The position numbers were made by a program, and so were the translations under genes. DNA of 64,000 nucleotides from Entomortierella parvispora E1425 (Eukaryota; Fungi; Mortierellomycota), in contig BQFW01000013.1 of the NCBI GenBank assembly GCA_020891255.1, positions 434,001 through 498,000 on the forward strand, read 5' to 3'. Below, piece by piece: positions 61,101-64,000 of this stretch. Numbering within the stretch: the first letter of the stretch is position 1; each line of letters opens with the position of its first letter. Below the pieces are notes generated by a model. The model was not told where the DNA came from, made no database searches, and saw only the letters and a list, made by a program, of their open reading frames with translations.

Positions 61101-64000
61101 TTTCTAAAGACACTCAACACCTGGCTGCAGTCGTCGGCCAAGAAGGACCAGATGTCACTAAGGTCCGCGTTCGAAGGACCGAAAGCGGAGGTAAACCAAT
61201 CATCTCTGTTTCGAGGTTTCAATGCAAATGGCGTAGGGTTTTAATCTTTTTTTTTTGTCCATTCTTGTGGAATAGACACGTCGGTTCAGTGAGTTGATGT
61301 TCCCTCCAGTTCAGTTCCCGCACGAGGAATTCAAGGTACACCCAAATGCAAAAGAGCAAAGTATAAACACGACGCTGTGACCAGCAGAAGGCAAGACCTG
61401 CTCACAAATTTTCCATTCATGCAAAAAAAAAAAAAAAAATGGGACCACACAGGCCTACTTTGATAGGTACTGCCACTCCCTTATGTTACCATTGTCCTTT
61501 CGAGATCTGGATAATCTGGAGCACGTTGTACAAGTTCCTGGACAGAAAGCGGGATATCTCTTTCACCGGGACAGGAATGGCGAGTGGAGCCGGCAATACT
61601 TTTACATCTTACCAAGAGGCATGCTGATGCAATTCTCAAAGGGCAAGGTAATTGGACAAAAGGATGGAAAGACAAGGATTGGATTAAGAGAACCAAAGGC
61701 TATTAAGAAGTACCGAAATGGAGCAGAGTGTTTAACATGGATTTCTTTTTCGAATGTTCTCCGATTTGGGAAACGATGATAGGACATCCAAGTTGCTAAT
61801 CTCAACCAGACACTACTTCGCGCCGTGAACGTTGACTCACGGGACTTTGTGTTCGAGATCTGTTCAATTGAAATCTATTTGATGTAAGGATTCTCAACCG
61901 ACTGGTCATCCATGGATGATGTTTTTTTAATTGAGATGCATTGGCTTACATTGGTGTTTTATTCTCTAGGGAATCAATATTACAGGCGTCCACACAGGTC
62001 GAATATGAGGAATGGAAGGCTGCCTTGTTTCACTGGCATCCTCCAGACGAGAACATTCCACATCTAGAATCTCTTACTATCAGCACGCCACCGGCAGTAC
62101 GTGTCTTCTACCGCTGGGTTGTGCCTATCCTCAAAAAAACTCGAGATATCCAACTAACTCCTTTTGTAATATGAAAAATAGAAGAATCTGTTCCCAAGGC
62201 CCCGGTACATGAGCATGGGAAGGGCTCCTGAAGGTGCACCGATGTCACCTAAACCCCGGATATCGATGGACCCTATTGTCAAATATGGAGAGCTTTTCAT
62301 GCTAGGTATATGAAGGGATCACAAAAGTTGAGATCAGAAGTTGCATCCCAGTTGATGGCTGTGCCTTTATTTACACCTTTTTTGGTCTAATATAGACGTC
62401 TCCTCCCGGGCCACAAGTACACAGCGGAAGGTTGCTAGTTGGAAGCGTATCCATTGCTGTATTCGGTCTAATGGTCATTTCGTTCAGTGCAACGTGGGCG
62501 ATGTAGGGTTACGACTACAGAAAGAGATTCGTAGTATTTGTAGAAATGATGGCCTTCATGCCCTAACTTTCCCCGTATCTCTCCTGATTTAGAACGATAA
62601 TCCATTCGAGACTATCCCTCTCATGGAGACACTCCGAACTCATATCTGGCCTTTGGATGGGAGTTTGTTTGCGAAAAAGCACTGTTTTTGCATCAAGACT
62701 TTGAATGAAGTCAACTATTACACAGTATCCCTTGAGCGGTCCAGCACAGATCAGGAAGTCTTTCACTCCTGGCTCTATGCCCTCAAATCATACGCGAAAC
62801 CAGAGGTGTTCGGGGCGAGCGATCAATTGGAATATCGACTGTACAGGACCTTTTCGATCACTGTTAACGACGGACGAGGGTTGCCCAGTGATCTGGAGGC
62901 ATTTTGTGAAATCTGGGTAGATGATCAGAAACGGGCCAAGACCAGTACTCGGATGAAGGTTGTAAAGGGAGGTGATCCAGAGACGCCGTTCTGGCGAGAC
63001 AGTTTTGAATTCACGTGAGTCTCGCTGGTGGTAGTGTTTGATGTGGACGATTGCTTGGTTGAAAAAGCTGACGGCTTCAATCCGACTTGCCTTCTCTAGA
63101 GATCTCGCAGCGTTCAAGGTGATCACGATCTATGTCACGCATGCCAAGGGACGCAAAAAGGTCCCATTTGGCAGAGCCGATATCCCAATCCGCAAAAGCG
63201 AGGAATGCGAGGGATGGTACCCGATTTTGCAGGTGAACGAACGGACGCGTACAAAGGAGTGGGTCGGCGATTTGCGGTTGAAGCTAAAGTGTGAGGAGCA
63301 GTTTGTATTACCTGTTGGAAACTACTCTGATGTCCTCGAGGCAAGTCTTTTCCCCGTTGTTGAGAGTCAATGTACGGCAAGAAACTCATGATGCTGTTCG
63401 ATAACACTCCATTCTTGATATCTTTTTACTTTTTTTTTCTTGTTGTAGATTCTACTTAATTTTCGTGAGAATAATGTAATATCAAAACTGGCGACTCTTG
63501 TATCGGACTTGGAGGGATTCTCGAGGAACGTGTTGAGGATTTTGGAAGGCAAAGGCCTTGCGGTGGCATGGCTCAACTCTTTGATCGACGAGGAGATCTC
63601 TGAGGCTAATCCAAGTAAGTGGCGCTGCCTATTGTTTGTAGCCTTGGCCTTGGTTTGTCTGATTTCATGTTTACTGAATGATCACTCATGACGAATGGTG
63701 TACCCCTGTTGCTTCCCCCCCTCTAGTGCGAGTGAATACGCTTTTCAGGTATGGGGCCGGAAATGCTTGGTGGTTGGACTGCAACAGGATTTATAGAAAC
63801 TGACGGCTACCTTTTTTGAACCTATTAGAGGAAACACTCTCTTGACCAAGGCCCTGGATGCGTACATGCGGCTGGTTGGGACTGAATACCTAGATGATAC
63901 CCTAGGGGATATCATCAGGGGTATTTGTAAGAATAAGGTCGCTTGCGAAGTAGATCCCTCTAAACTGGAAAAAGGCGACGACCTCAACAAGCAGTGGCGC
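58165..64000 (+). CDS. Ras GTPase-activating protein (Bud2/Cla2-like): helical N-terminus, PH, PH, C2, RasGAP; 3'-truncated by window edge
   Basis: PH1 QKAGYLFHRDRNGEWSRQYF..EYEEWKAAL; PH2 WKRIHCCI..FHSWLYALK; C2 FSITVNDGRGL..PFWRDSFEF..EGWYPI; RasGAP LFRGNTLLTKALDAYMRLVGTEYLDDTLG..CEVDP. Confidence 0.88.
58923..58944 (+). repeat. CAATGGTGC tandem 9-mer (about 2.5 copies) in RasGAP intron 1
   Basis: caatggtgc caatggtgc caat read directly. Confidence 0.65.

Noticed and set aside
62447-62454. GTATCCAT as a U12-type donor in the RasGAP
   Set aside because: It lies inside an open exon (W-K-R-I-H of PH2); the real donor is GTAGGG at about 62503

Overview
Intron-rich fungal genomic DNA, most likely Mortierellaceae. 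The OLE1 protein is close to the Mortierella alpina delta-9 desaturase as I recall it, and the intron style fits. I traced exon-intron structures by eye and support 19 protein-coding genes, two of them truncated by the window edges. In order: SRPK/SKY1 kinase, OLE1, class I GATase, RPL16/uL13, OLA1, a 1643-aa DUF3712/LEA_2-repeat membrane protein, THI80, XRN2/RAT1, UBX5-like, CBP6/UQCC2-like, GCKIII STE20 kinase, GST-zeta, MCA1, an AFG2-like AAA ATPase, BRL1/BRR6, an MCMDC2-like inactive MCM, SQS1-like G-patch/R3H, a truncated acyl-CoA-synthetase-like protein and a large RasGAP. I found no tRNA, rRNA, CRISPR or recognisable intact transposon. Main leads: (1) a 9-nt in-frame micro-exon carries the catalytic Asp and Lys of the STE20 kinase; (2) an MCMDC2-like meiotic pseudo-helicase; (3) a RasGAP that appears to be fused to an APPL-type BAR-PH module; (4) an adenylate-forming pseudoenzyme with a 10-nt micro-exon and a GC-AG intron; (5) an ApT-dense first intron in RPL16, a candidate 6mA cluster; (6) a Kex2-like site ahead of a 39-aa C-terminal peptide in the DUF3712 protein. 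There are also three GC-AG introns and about 5.7 kb of unexplained, coding-like or spliced-looking DNA at 9.7-15.4 kb. All family assignments come from motif recognition, not from database searches.
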